Source of the DNA: the human T2T-CHM13v2.0 reference genome, Homo sapiens
DNA length: 64,000 bases
Assembly (NCBI RefSeq): GCF_009914755.1
Contig: NC_060934.1
Strand: one strand, 5' to 3'
Of the stretch, positions 12,371 to 24,650 are shown piece after piece; the stretch's first letter is position 1, and each line of letters opens with the position of its first letter. A model generated the notes under the pieces. The model made no database searches, was not told where the DNA came from, and saw nothing but the letters and a program-made list of their open reading frames with translations. A program made the translations under genes and the position numbers.

Positions 12371-12761
12371 CTAAACAAAGGAGAGCTCAGAAAGTCGCAA
12401 AAGATGGTCACTTTTAATAAGAAAAGGCTAGAGTATTATAAAATTGTGAGGTTTGGCCTAAATGTTAAATTCTAAAACTCTCTTTCTAAAATTTCCCTTT
12501 AAAGCAGATAGAAACACAATTTTTTTAAGCAGGGGAGTGACAAAAAAAAGTATGGAGAAAGCACGTCTGCCTACTCATCCCTGCCTGTCCTCTAGAGACC
12601 CACAGGCATCCCAACAGTTTCGAACTAAATGTGGACTGTTTCTGCACTCATCCCTGTTCAGCAAATTCAACTTGGAAACAGATTTCATTCAGACAGTGAT
12701 TGTTAATGTGCTCATTTGATTTAGGGGCTAATGCTTTCCTTTGTGGCATAACTGGAAGAAC

Positions 12762-13218
12762 CATTACAGGAAAAAGTATTCAGCGATACTTGTTAAAGCA
12801 CGGTAAGGCCGACTGCAATCAGGATCCTGGCAACAGGTATCCGGACAATGGGATTTTGCAGTGGCGAAAAGAAATTGACCTCAACTCCCAGTACAGCACC
12901 AGCAGGTGGGGACTGACAGCCAAGGAGCAGGGTGAAGGTCAGTGGGTGGAAAATTCCCTGGAAGAAGTCAGGGGTCAGGGACAGTCTGGATAAACTGATC
13001 TCACAGGATTCTTGCTGAAGGCAGACCAGGGTGATCAGATGTAACCTGGTGGATGGTTGAGGATGAGGAACCTGATCAGATATTGAGTGGCAGGTTCTGG
13101 CTAAATGGGCTGAGCAGTGTTCTTGCTGACACTGAATTTTGTAAGGAAATGCACAGATGGGTCCAGGAGAAGGTTTGGGAGCATGACTAAAGCTTGGTCA
13201 AGCAGAGAGTCTTCATCA
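12762..13218 (-). mobile_element. MER31A-like ERV1 solo LTR
   Basis: gatacttgttaaagcacggtaagg...agccaaggagcagggtg...caggattcttgctgaaggcag...tgactaaagcttggtcaagcagagagtcttcatca. Confidence 0.8.
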
Positions 13219-13676
13219 GGATGTGCCAGTGTGCAGTGCCCTGAGCATTGCTTTCCTTTGTGTAAAAGGAAAAGGGGCTAATGCTTCCCTTTGTGGCATA
13301 ACTGTGGCTTTGCTTTGTGGCATCCTGGCTGAACCTGGGTTCAGCCAGGATAAGAGAAGCCCCTCTATTTCCAGGAAACAGGGCAGCTGCTGTGAGTGTG
13401 GCATTGACAAGCAGATTCCACTGTGATATTTTTAGGAAAAGAATTGTGGAAAAGGTTGACAAGTCCTAGGACTCTCTGAGCACCTTTATTCATATAGACA
13501 GGGGCCTTGCAAACCAATCTTTGCCAGGCCCCCAAGTACCCGGGCTACCCTGCCAGTTTCCTGGAGCCAGCTCCCCAAATGGGCCATCCCTTGGTTTGGC
13601 TGCAAGGTGTCAGTTCATGTCCCTCTTTTCTGTGTGCTGGGGGAGGAAGGATCCCTCTTCTCAGGGGACATTTCTT

Positions 13677-14778
13677 TATTATTATTATTATTATACTTTA
13701 AGTTCTGGGATACATGTGCAGAACGTGCAGGTTTGTTACATAGGTATACACATGCCATGGTGGTTTGCTGCACCCATCAACCCATCATCTACATTGGGTA
13801 TTTCTCCTAATGCTATCCCTCCCCTAGCCCCCCACCCACAGACAGGCCCCGATGTGTGATGTTCCCCTCCCTGTGTCCATGTGTTCTCATTGTTCAACTG
13901 TAACTTATGAGTGAGGACATGTAGTATTTGGTTTTCTGTTCTGGTGTTAGTTTGCTGAGAATGATGGTTTCCACCTTCATCCATGTCTCTGCAAAGGACA
14001 TGAACTCATCCTTTTTTATGGCTGCATAGTATTCCATAATGTATATGTGCTATATTTTCTTTATCCAGTCTATTACTAATGGACATTTGGGTTGGTTTAA
14101 AGTCTTTGCTATGGTGAATAGTGCTGCAATAAACATACATGTGCATGTGTCTTTATAGTAGAATGATTTATAATCCTTTGGGTATATACCAGTAATGGGG
14201 TTGCTGGGTCAAATGGTATTTCTGGTTCTAAATCCTTGAGTAATTGCCACACTGTCTTCCACAATGGTTGACCAAATTTATACTCCCACCAACAGTGTAA
14301 AAGCGTTCCTATTTCTCCACATCCTCTCCAGCATCTGTTGTTTCCTGATTTTTTAATGATCACCATTCTAACCCATGTGAAATGTTATCTCATTTTGGTT
14401 TTGATTTGCATTTCTCTAATGACCAGTAATGATGAGCTTTTTTTTGTACATTTGTTGGCCACATAAATGTCTTCTTTTGAGAAGTGTCTGTTCATATCTT
14501 TCACTCACTTTTTGATGGGGTTGTTTTTTTTTTCTTGTAAACTTGTTTAAGTTCCTTGTAGATTCTGGATATTAGCCCTTTGTCAGATGGATAGATTGCA
14601 AAAATTTTCTCTCATTCTGTAGGTTGCCTGTTCACTCTGATGATAGTTTCTTTTGCTGTGCAGAAGCTCTTTAGTTTAATTAGATACCATTTGTCAATTT
14701 TGGCTTTTGTTGCCATTGCTTTTGGTGTTTTAGTCATGAAGTCTTTGCCCATGCCTATGTCCTGAATGGTATTGCCTA
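13677..14778 (-). mobile_element. L1PA7-like LINE-1, non-inverted 3' arm (tail at left) of a twin-primed insertion
   Basis: (TTA)n tail then tactttaagttctgggatacatgtgcagaacgtgcagg (L1PA7-type 3' UTR); minus ORFs 14109-14366 and 14612-14872 match ORF2p C-terminal sequence. Confidence 0.9.
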
Positions 14779-14779
14779 T

Positions 14780-15455
<676 letters not shown>

Positions 15456-15769
15456 AGGGGACATTTCTTGTGATGAGTATTTAAATACCCTACCAGAGGC
15501 ACACTGGCTTTCCCAGATCTGACCTCCAGGGCTACACTTCTTTGGGGGTAGTTTTTTCTTTGATCAGTCAAACAAATAGTATAACATTATCTAATATTTT
15601 ATTTAGTCTTAAGTATATTTAATTTATGTGAAACATGCTAGCTTTGCCTCTCAAAGGTTTGCTGGCATTTTCAATGTCTGTGTCTCAGAGTATCAGCTGA
15701 GAATAGTGTGGCCACAGTCTAAAGCACTGGTGACAATAATTCTTTTACTCATTCTTTTATTTACTCTTT

Positions 15770-16090
15770 AGGCTGCAAAAATTATTGAATGCTTCTATGT
15801 TCCAGGCTCTGTTTTAGGTATTGAGGTTTCAGCAGTGACCCAAACTAGCAAAAACTCTAGCTACATGGAGGTCACATTCTAGGAAGGGCCAACACACCCC
15901 AAGTGGGTAAAACATGGAGGGTGTCAGATGGTGGTGAGTGCTATGGAAAAAAATGAAGCTGAGAAAACAGGGATGGTTTAGAGTGGGGTTTGCTATTCTA
16001 GAAGGATGGTCAGTGAAAGTCTTCCTGAGAAGCTGATATTTAAACAAAGACCCAGAGCTGAGGGATGGAGCCCTGCAGGTCTTTGGATGG
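15770..16090 (-). mobile_element. L2 (L2a-like) 3' fragment
   Basis: ttattgaatgcttctatgttccaggctctgttttagg...catggaggtcacattctag...gatggtcagtgaaagtcttcctgagaagctgatattt. Confidence 0.75.
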
Positions 16091-16922
16091 GCTAATCTGT
16101 TTCAGGAGCTCATTGAATGATACTCCGTGTGTGTCAAACATTGCTCTAGCAAGTGGGATCTAAAGACTGAGGAGCCAGAGCCTGTACCTTTCTTCTGCTC
16201 ATGTGCAAAAGGCCATAACGTGTGATCATGTAATGATTCTATGATGACACACTGGGTCAAAGCAGGGCTGACTGGTACCCAGAGGTGATGCCTGGGCAGC
16301 ATCTTTTACATTTCCCAGACTTCAAGGGGCTTCAGTGAAGGAGGAGTGTCTCCCTGCAGCTCTGGGACATCCTGGCATGACTCAAAAGTCTCAACTATTA
16401 AATTTTCAGCTTATTTCATTACCAAGTAATGTAAGTTACAAAAGCATCATTCTCTTTCCTAATATTTTTTGGATTTTTCATCCCATCCCAGAGGACAGGG
16501 TGGAGTCAGAGGTGAGCTGAAAGGTGGGTGCATCTGAGGTGAGGCTCAGCACTGCAGGGGTCTGGGGTGGGCAGCACCAGGGCCTCAGCACTAAGGAATG
16601 GCTTGCTCCAGATGTGCTCTTGGGGACAAAGGCTAGACCCTGACCCAGGTCTCTGGAGGAAAGGAGGGCTGTTTTAAAGACACCATGGTGGCATGCAAAG
16701 CAGCAAAGTGTCAGGAATGGAGTCACTCCAATAAACTGGTTCCTTTCTCTGTTAAAGTTTCTATTCATGTTCATCATTGACCTGAACAGCTTCGCCATAC
16801 AGTCTGTAGATAATTCAGCAGGAGCTAGTTGGGGGAATGTTTAATGTGTACTTTCACTGGGGCCAAGATCTCTTGTAAGATGGGAGATTGAAGTTTTTAA
16901 AAGCTACCTCAGGAATGCTGGT

Positions 16923-17388
16923 TGTAGCAGCTGCTTTGACACCACACCACATCTCCTGCGTTCAGCTGCAGCTGTGGGAATGGCCCATGCCAGCTGCTGG
17001 TTCCCATCTAACAGTGAGACTTTGCCCTGGGGCCTGCTCTGCTGTCCCGGCTCTGGGCACTCACTCACTCAGCCTTAGGGAACGCGGAACAGAAAAGCTG
17101 CTGCGTTCAAGCAGTGAGCACCCGGAGGTCAGCATCCACACCCTCTCCTCCGTCTCTGAAGGACCATGCTGGGGTATGTTCCACAGGCTTCTCAGCCAGG
17201 ACCTGGCCGAATCGAGCCCTGGTTATCTGCAGAGAAAGCTAGCTGTGAATTCACCCTTCCCTGGCTTTCCTGCTTTTCTTGCTCCCTCCTCTACTCTGGC
17301 TCCTGCTTCCTGGGATCCTGCCTCAAATGCCTGCCTGTAGCCAAATCCTCCTCACAGGGCCTGCTTACAGGGGAATTCAAAAATGACC
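16923..17388 (+). mobile_element. LTR16C-like ERVL solo LTR
   Basis: Starts tgtagcagctgct; ends cctgcttcctgggatcctgcctcaaat...caggggaattcaaaaatgacc. Confidence 0.65.
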
Positions 17389-17845
17389 ATGACCACGTCT
17401 GCATTATAAGGACACACTCCCAAGGAGCAAACACTAGAAGACTCATGTATGATTCATGAGAAAGTGAAGAAGTCCTACTAACATTACTGATAACTAATAG
17501 ATGAGGAAGGCTTGTATGTGTCTTTTTGTTATGCTTTTTGGGAAATCTGGGGATTTATGATGGTCTTCAGACACATCTCATGACTTTTAAATGTTGACTA
17601 TAGATGAAAACACATCTCAGCAAAAAGCAAGGTAACAACTTGAATCCTACAGTACATGAAATTATCATTCACCAGGACCCAAAATGATGTATCCCAGGGA
17701 ATAAAAGGTTAATATTAAGAAATGTAAAAAATAGAACGTAAGTAAAGCAAAAAAGACACTGAAGTAATTTGATAAAAATCAACATTCATTCTTTCATTCT
17801 AGGAAAAGAAACCCTAGAAAGGTAAGAAAAAAATGTATCCTTTTG

Positions 17846-18181
<336 letters not shown>

Positions 18182-18452
18182 TCATCATATAGCTTCTAAA
18201 ACAAAAATCAGCAAAGAGACTAGGGTTAGCTACCTACCACCATTATGATTTTACATTGTCTGGAAGTCAACTAAACAAGATATGAATTATAAATTAAAAG
18301 ACAATTTGGGGGAAGAACACTTTAATTTTTATCTTAATGATGCTCAAGACTATCAAATCTCCGAGAATAAAAAAGTTTAATAAAATGACCCAAATTGTTT
18401 AAAAAGATAGCTTTTCAAGCAGTAATTACAAGCAGCAATGAAGAAATACAGT

Positions 18453-19086
18453 ACTTTTACACTGTTGGTGGGACTGTAAACTAGTTCAACCATTGTGGAA
18501 GTCAGTGTGGCGATTCCTCAGGGATCTAGAACTAGAAATACCATTTGACCCAGTCATCCCATTACTGGGTATACACCCAAAGGATTACAAATCATGCTGC
18601 TGTAAAGACACATGCACACGTATGTTTATTGCGGCACTATTCACAATAGCAAAGACTTGGAACCAACCCAAATGTCCAACAATGATAGACTGGATTAAGA
18701 AAATGTGGCACATATATGCCATGGAATGCTATGCAGCCATAAAAAATGATGAGTTCATGTCCTTTGTAGGGACATGGATGAAACTGGAAACCATCATTCT
18801 CAGCAAACTATCACAAGGACAAAAAACCAAACACCGCATGTTCTCACTCACAGGTAGGAACTGAACAATGAGAACACATGGACACAGGAAGGGGAACATC
18901 ACACACCGGGGCCTGTGTGTGTGGGAGGGGGGAGGGATAGCATTAGGAGATATACCTAATGCTAAATGACCAGCTAATGGGTGCAGTGTACCAACATGGC
19001 ACATGTATACATATGTAACAAACCTGCACGTTGTGCACATGTACCCTAAAACTTAAAGTATAATAATAATAAAATTTTTAAAAAAA
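18453..19086 (+). mobile_element. 5'-truncated L1PA3/L1PA4-like LINE-1 (about 630 bp)
   Basis: ORF2p C-terminus (ORF 18493-18864 DLELEIPFDP...MFSLTGRN) plus 3' UTR ggatagcattaggagatatacctaatgctaaatgac and A-rich tail; imperfect TSD aagaaatacag/aagaaatggag. Confidence 0.92.
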
Positions 19087-19563
19087 GAAATGGAGATGTC
19101 ATTTATCATATAAAAGCACCCTAAATCTCTAGTGATAAGTCTGATGAGGTATGCACAGGATCTAAATGATGAAAACTAGAAACCCATTTCTCCAGAGATG
19201 TGAAAGAGTGTTTGGACAAATGCGGAAGCATCAAGGCTCTCTAAATACTTCAACAATGACTTCTTTCCAAATCAATTCTTAATTTTCATGCAATTCCCTT
19301 GAAAGCATCCATAGTAAAAGTTTTTGGAAAGTCAATCATTATAAAGCATCCATATCTATAATCTAGAGAGCTGCAAGAAGAGGAGGAGGTCCAACTCAGA
19401 TGGTCCATGTGGTGAGAGCTGAGCATGGCCTCTTTGGGAATACAGAGGCCCTGCCAACCTCAGCAAGAGCAGTTTTTGGGGGTTAGGGTGGATGCCAAAT
19501 ATAGAGGCAGGGAGAGGTCAAGGGCAGAAATCCATGTCCCTCAGCCCCCTCTCCTCTTTTCCC

Positions 19564-19680
19564 ACATATACATCTATCTCTATATATGTATATATGTATA
19601 TATACGTGTGTGTGTATAAATATATATACACATATGTGTGTGTGTGTATAAATATATATATACACAGAGAGAAAGAGAGA
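19564..19680. repeat. (TA)n/(TG)n/(GA)n compound low-complexity repeat
   Basis: Read directly from the sequence. Confidence 0.9.
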
Positions 19681-19686
19681 CGTATA

Positions 19687-20720
19687 GATTCATGTGTGAC
19701 TTAACAGCAGGGATACTTCTGAGAAATGCATACTTAGGTGATTTCATCATTGTATGAACCCCACACAGTGACACATAAACCTAGATGGTGCATCTGCTAC
19801 ACCCCGAGGCTCTATGCTACAGCCTATTATTGCGCCTAGGCTACAAACCTGTACAGCATGTGATTGTACTCAGTACTGCAGGCAGTTATAACACAGTGGT
19901 GAGTATGTGTGTATCTAAATATATCTAAACATAGAAAAGGTACAGTAAAAATATGGCATCAAAGATTTAAAAAATGGCACACCCCTATGGAGCACTCACC
20001 ATGAATGCAGCTTGCAGGACTGGAAGTTGCTCTGGGTAAGTCACTGGGTGAGTGGTGAATGAATGTGAAGGCCTAGGACATTACTGTACACTACTGTAGG
20101 CTACACTAAATTTATTTTTAAAATTCCTTTGTTCAATAGTAAATTAACTTTAGTTATTGTAACTTTTTTACTTTATAAATTTTTAAACTTTTAATTTTTT
20201 TAACTTTTTTACTTTGTTGTAATAACACTTAGCTTAAAACACAAACACATTATATAGCTGTACAAAAATATTTTCTTTCTCTATATCCTTATTCTATAAA
20301 TTTTTTTCTATTTTTTTTTTTTTTTTACTCTTTAAACTTTTTTTTGGTTAAAAACTAAGAAATGAACACACACATTAACTTAGGCCTACACATGGTCAGG
20401 ATCATCAATATCACTGTCTTCCTCCTCCACATCTTGTCCCACTGGAAGGTCTTCAGGGGAAATAACACTCATGGAGCTGTCATCTCCTATGGTAACAATG
20501 CCTTCTTCTAGAATCCCTCCTGAAGGACCTGCCTGAGGCTGTTTTATAGTTAACTTTAAAATAGAAGAAGCATACTCTAAAATAACAATAAAATGTAAAG
20601 CATAGTAAATACATAAGCCAGTAACAGAGTCATTTATTATCAAGCATTATACATTGTACATAATTGCATGTGCTCTACTTTATATGTCTGGCATCTCAGT
20701 AGGTTCATTTACACTAGCAC
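19687..20720 (+). mobile_element. Tigger3b (MER7B/Golem) TcMar DNA transposon, right end missing
   Basis: ttctgagaaatgcatacttaggtgatttcatcattg...cctaggctacaaacctgtacagcatg...cttgcaggactggaagttgctctggg...cctcctgaaggacctgcctgaggctg. Confidence 0.9.
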
Positions 20721-21444
20721 ATACATGTGTATGTTTATATATGCACACATATTATATATATAAAGACACACACACAAATACACACACATATGTAAAACTT
20801 ATTCAAGATAGACAATAACACAGAAGAAATAAAAGTTCCTCTTGACCCTGTCACCATCCTAGACTTCTGCCTGGAGATGGTCAACTCTTTTAATCGGCTA
20901 TATATCTCTTATGTTTTATCTATAAATTAACACAGACTATAAAAGTACATATTTCTGTGCTCTGTTTTTCTTTTTTTAATTTTATATTCTGCAGATGTGT
21001 GATTCAGAGCCTATTCAATCATTTACCTGTGGGTAGACAGATAGCATGTTTCCAGCTGTTTTCTTCTGCAGTGTTGTAAGCAACGATCTTGCACGTGTCT
21101 CCGAGCGTCCTGTGCAGTTACTTTTCTGGAGAGTGAATTGGAGACTGGGTTTTCTAGGCAAGCAGGAGGTAGGAGTCTCTGCAGGTGAAGGGAGGATGGG
21201 GGAGAAGTAAGTGTTGCTGGGGAGGCACTGGACCAGTTCTGAGGAGCAGTGGATGGGCAACTGAAGCAAGCAAAAGGGCTGCTGAGACCAGTTCCTAGGC
21301 TTGTCCACAGCCGGGCAAGGCGTGTGGCAAGGGAGGGAGGGTGGTGGCTATAGGTCCTGACTAGGAGCAGCCCTTCGTCCTGAATCCAGCTCCTCTGAGG
21401 CCCAGGAGCTATCTCACTTCTTTCCCCAGGCAGGCAGACAAGGG

Positions 21445-21623
21445 CTGCTGTTCTCAAAGTGAGGCCTCTAGACCAGCAGCCTCAGTAGTGCTGGAGAACT
21501 TATTAGAATGCACATTCTCAGGTCCCACCCTCAAGTCAGGAGCTCTTGGAGTGGGCCCACCCATGTGCCCTTTGAAGAGCCCTCTAGGTGATGTTAATGC
21601 ACACTAATGTCTGAGAACCCCTG
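21445..21623. mobile_element. MER5A hAT-Charlie MITE
   Basis: gttctcaaagtgaggcctctagaccagcagc...ttagaatgcacattctcaggtcccaccc...tctgagaacccctg. Confidence 0.85.
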
Positions 21624-21767
21624 CTTAAAAGCTCCATGGAGACTCAGCAGCACACACCTGTAGACACCGTGATTATTCCTTCCTCTGGGTGCCTTTTCCC
21701 AACCTTCTCCTTAGTTTCTAACATGTTTTGATGTTTACCTGACACTGCTCAGATACATGCTCTTGAT

Positions 21768-22099
21768 CAGGGCACCGGTACCAGTCCGTGGCCTGTTAGG
21801 AACTGGGCTGCACAGCAGGAGGTGAGCTGTGGGCGAGGGAGCATTACAGCCTAAGCTCTGCCTCCTGACAGATCAGTGGCAGCATCAGATCCTCATAGGA
21901 GAGCGAACTCTGTTGTGACCTGTGCGTGCAAGGGATCTAGATCGTGCGCTCCTTATGAGAATCTAATGCCCAATAATCTGAGGTAGAACAGTTTTATCCC
22001 AAAACCCTAAGCCTGTGCCCCCTCCCATGCACCCCCATCCATGGAAAAATTGTTGTCCACAAAACCAGTCCCTGGTGCCAAAAAGGTTGAGGAGCACTA
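21768..22099 (+). mobile_element. MER1B hAT-Charlie DNA transposon
   Basis: ggtaccagtccgtggcctgttaggaactgggctgcacagcaggaggtgagc...aaaaccagtccctggtgccaaaaaggttg; 8-bp TSD ctcttgat/ctctcggt. Confidence 0.9.
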
Positions 22100-24189
22100 C
22101 TCTCGGTTGCCACCCACACTATTATTTCCAGGAAGGAATAATTATGCCCAGCTGGGGATCCTGGAGATTAAGCAGCTGCCCAAGAGGCCACAGCTCATTG
22201 GCAAGTGCAGGGCTGTCTCTGTGTCCTGGCCGGCAGACCCTAAACATTATGGGGACCTGGGGACAGCTGGGTCCCCAGTCACAGACTAGTTCACACAGCC
22301 CGGTCCCCCGCTGACCCTCCCTGACCAGACCAGGCTGGGCTAAGAGGATAAAGACCCGAATCTCTTTCCCTATCCTACTGTGAACTTGCAAAGAAAAACT
22401 CTCCTCTGTTTTGTCCAGTTGACGCTTGGTCAGCTCTTGGAGTGACCAGGGATAGGACAGGGCCTGGAAAGCAGGGTCACTTCCAGGGAATAGGGATGAG
22501 GTAGGGACAGTGACCATCCCCATGTGTCCACCCAGCTGTGCCATCCCTGTGGGCTGCTCCCCTCTCAGGACTGGCACACTGGGCTGAGGCAGCTTGAGAG
22601 GTGTCCCTTGGCTCTTCAGACTCATGGTCAGCCCCCTGCTATGGCAAGGCTGGGGAGGGGCTGTTTTACACAGACCCTTCCTTACACTCAGTGCCCCACT
22701 CCACTTGCCCATGCATTCTAGAATCGGCTCTACAGTGAGGGCTTGTTGTGCTTCAACTCTGTGAGACGAGAGAGTCCTGGTACTGGGACCACTGCTGCCT
22801 CCCCGCCCTCCCTGGGCCCTCCTCAGGATAGGGTTCTGGGTGAGAAGCACATGTGCAGAACAGCCCCCAAGACAGCCTGCTGGAGCATCAGAACCTCTCA
22901 CCCATAGAACCATCTCACAGGCTGCTGTCAGGGCCAGAGGGCGGACACTGCAGAGGCATCAGTGGGGGCTGCTCCACGGAAGCACTAGTGGCAGAGCTGC
23001 TGGACTTCCTGAGCAGCTTCGGTCTGCTCTGTGATCTCTGCAAATCCCTGGACAGACATTTTTCTGGCGCTGCTGCTGAGATTTGCTTAGCAGAGACGGC
23101 CCTGGCTGACAGCTGGAGATACGCAGGTAACAAATCACCTGCTGCAAGAACACTCAGAAAAATAAGAGTGAAGGAGGGGAAATAAAGTTCATCATCTTCT
23201 TACAAAATATGTGGAAATGTTTGAATGTGGAAAGTGATACCAGGAACTGGATCCAGGCTGGTAAGTGTCCTGGAGTCTACACATCATGGAGAACTTCCAC
23301 AAGCCAAAGGATCCGGGTGGTGCTGGGTCGTTTCTCTGGCTCACTGACTGTGGGGAATGAAAGAGCACCCGGACCTGTCTGGAGGGAAGTCCAGCAGTAC
23401 AAAGAGGCCTGGGAACTGCATTCTTCTCAAATCTCCATCCTGGTTGCTAAAATGAGGCCCACCAACTAGACTTCTCTTTCTCAAAGAAAAAGAGTTTTCA
23501 AAATCTCAAATATGGAAAGGAGAGCAAAAGGCAAGACATATTCCATAGTGAGGACAATCGATTCTAAAGTTCTTACTGACTCAACTTTGAAGCCATCCAG
23601 AATAGGCAGGTTGTAAGCATTAGTTGAATTTAATTTAAACAGGAGAAAGAAGAAAAGAGTATTTTGCCCTTACGATGCAATTTAAAAATATTTATCTGGA
23701 ATTTTTTGGCAATTGCTTCGGTGTACCCCAACTATCCTGCTGTGTCCTTCTGCTAATGGAAAATGAAGACAGGCAGCCTCTTCTCAATAACTCCTGAGTG
23801 GCTTCCCGAGCTACTCAGACATTTCAAATGTGCTAATGTTTTTCTAAAGAGATAAAACTGGGTGGTCTGGAGGGGAAGCTAAGCTGTAGTTTATATTACT
23901 CTCCGGAGGGCAAATGACAGCCCTGCCGCCCCTGCCCTTCTCTCCCCCTTATTGGCAATTCTGCTATCGAGGCCTTTCGTTCCTTTTCAGATTTTTTCCA
24001 GACCATGTGGTGGTTCTCCTGGTGGAATTGGGTTATTTACTTGTAGGTAAGGTTAAACCTTAAACTCAATTACCCATAGAATTCCAATGGTTTAATTTGG
24101 GCAACTGTTGGAGTCAAGTGGACGTGTGAAAACAGTTCTGGAGACAGCCCATTTATAACTGATCAGACAGCACACCAGCAGATGCCAGC

Positions 24190-24650
24190 CAGCCTGGCGT
24201 GGTGCTGCGCGCTCCATCCACGGCCGCACCCCCAGCACTGCGCACTTGCCTCGGAGGTGGGCTGGGGTTGGTATTAAAGCTTAGGCATACTGGGGCTTGT
24301 CACCAGAAGGACTCGGGGATGCTCGTGTTTATTTTGGTTCCTGCCTTTCAATTAAAAATAATACATTGTCCCATTTTTTCAGTCACTTGTTTAATCGTGA
24401 GATTATGGGCTATCATAAAACCTTCATTGCTCTCGTATTTCTTCTTGGCAAGGCAAAGAAAAGTTAATTTGGGATTAGCTCCAGAAGCATTTTGATCGAG
24501 CCTTGCCACTATTTATCACTCCAAAGACACTGACAGCGCTGATGAATGTCTGGGTTTGTATATCATTTTGTAAACACACAGCGCCCCCAAGGTGGTGCCA
24601 ATTAAACTCCCAATGAAGGATTAAGGAGGGCCCATCTGAAAGAGGCAACG
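24190..24650. promoter_or_regulatory. Candidate enhancer / conserved non-coding element (CpG cluster, dense TF motifs, CTCF-like site)
   Basis: No recognisable repeat, retained CpGs, TAAT/GGATTA, TGTAAACA, TGACAG, CATTGT, TTATCA, TCATAAAA motifs and cagcgcccccaaggtggtgc; function is inferred only. Confidence 0.45.

Noticed and set aside
22122-22913. Longest ORF in the window (263 aa, minus strand)
   Set aside because: No recognisable domain, and composition (rich in G, P, S, L, Q) is typical of chance ORFs in GC-rich DNA. Not supportable as a CDS without PhyloCSF or Ribo-seq evidence.
22853-23185. Protein-like stretch EALVAELLDFLSSFGLLCDLCKSLDRHF followed by cag|gtaaca
   Set aside because: It looks helical, but I cannot match it to any family and there is no clear upstream acceptor. 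tBLASTn or PhyloCSF would be needed.
24048-24062. Short inverted repeat taaggtt-a-aacctta
   Set aside because: 7-bp arms are expected by chance in 64 kb and are too short for a structured RNA.
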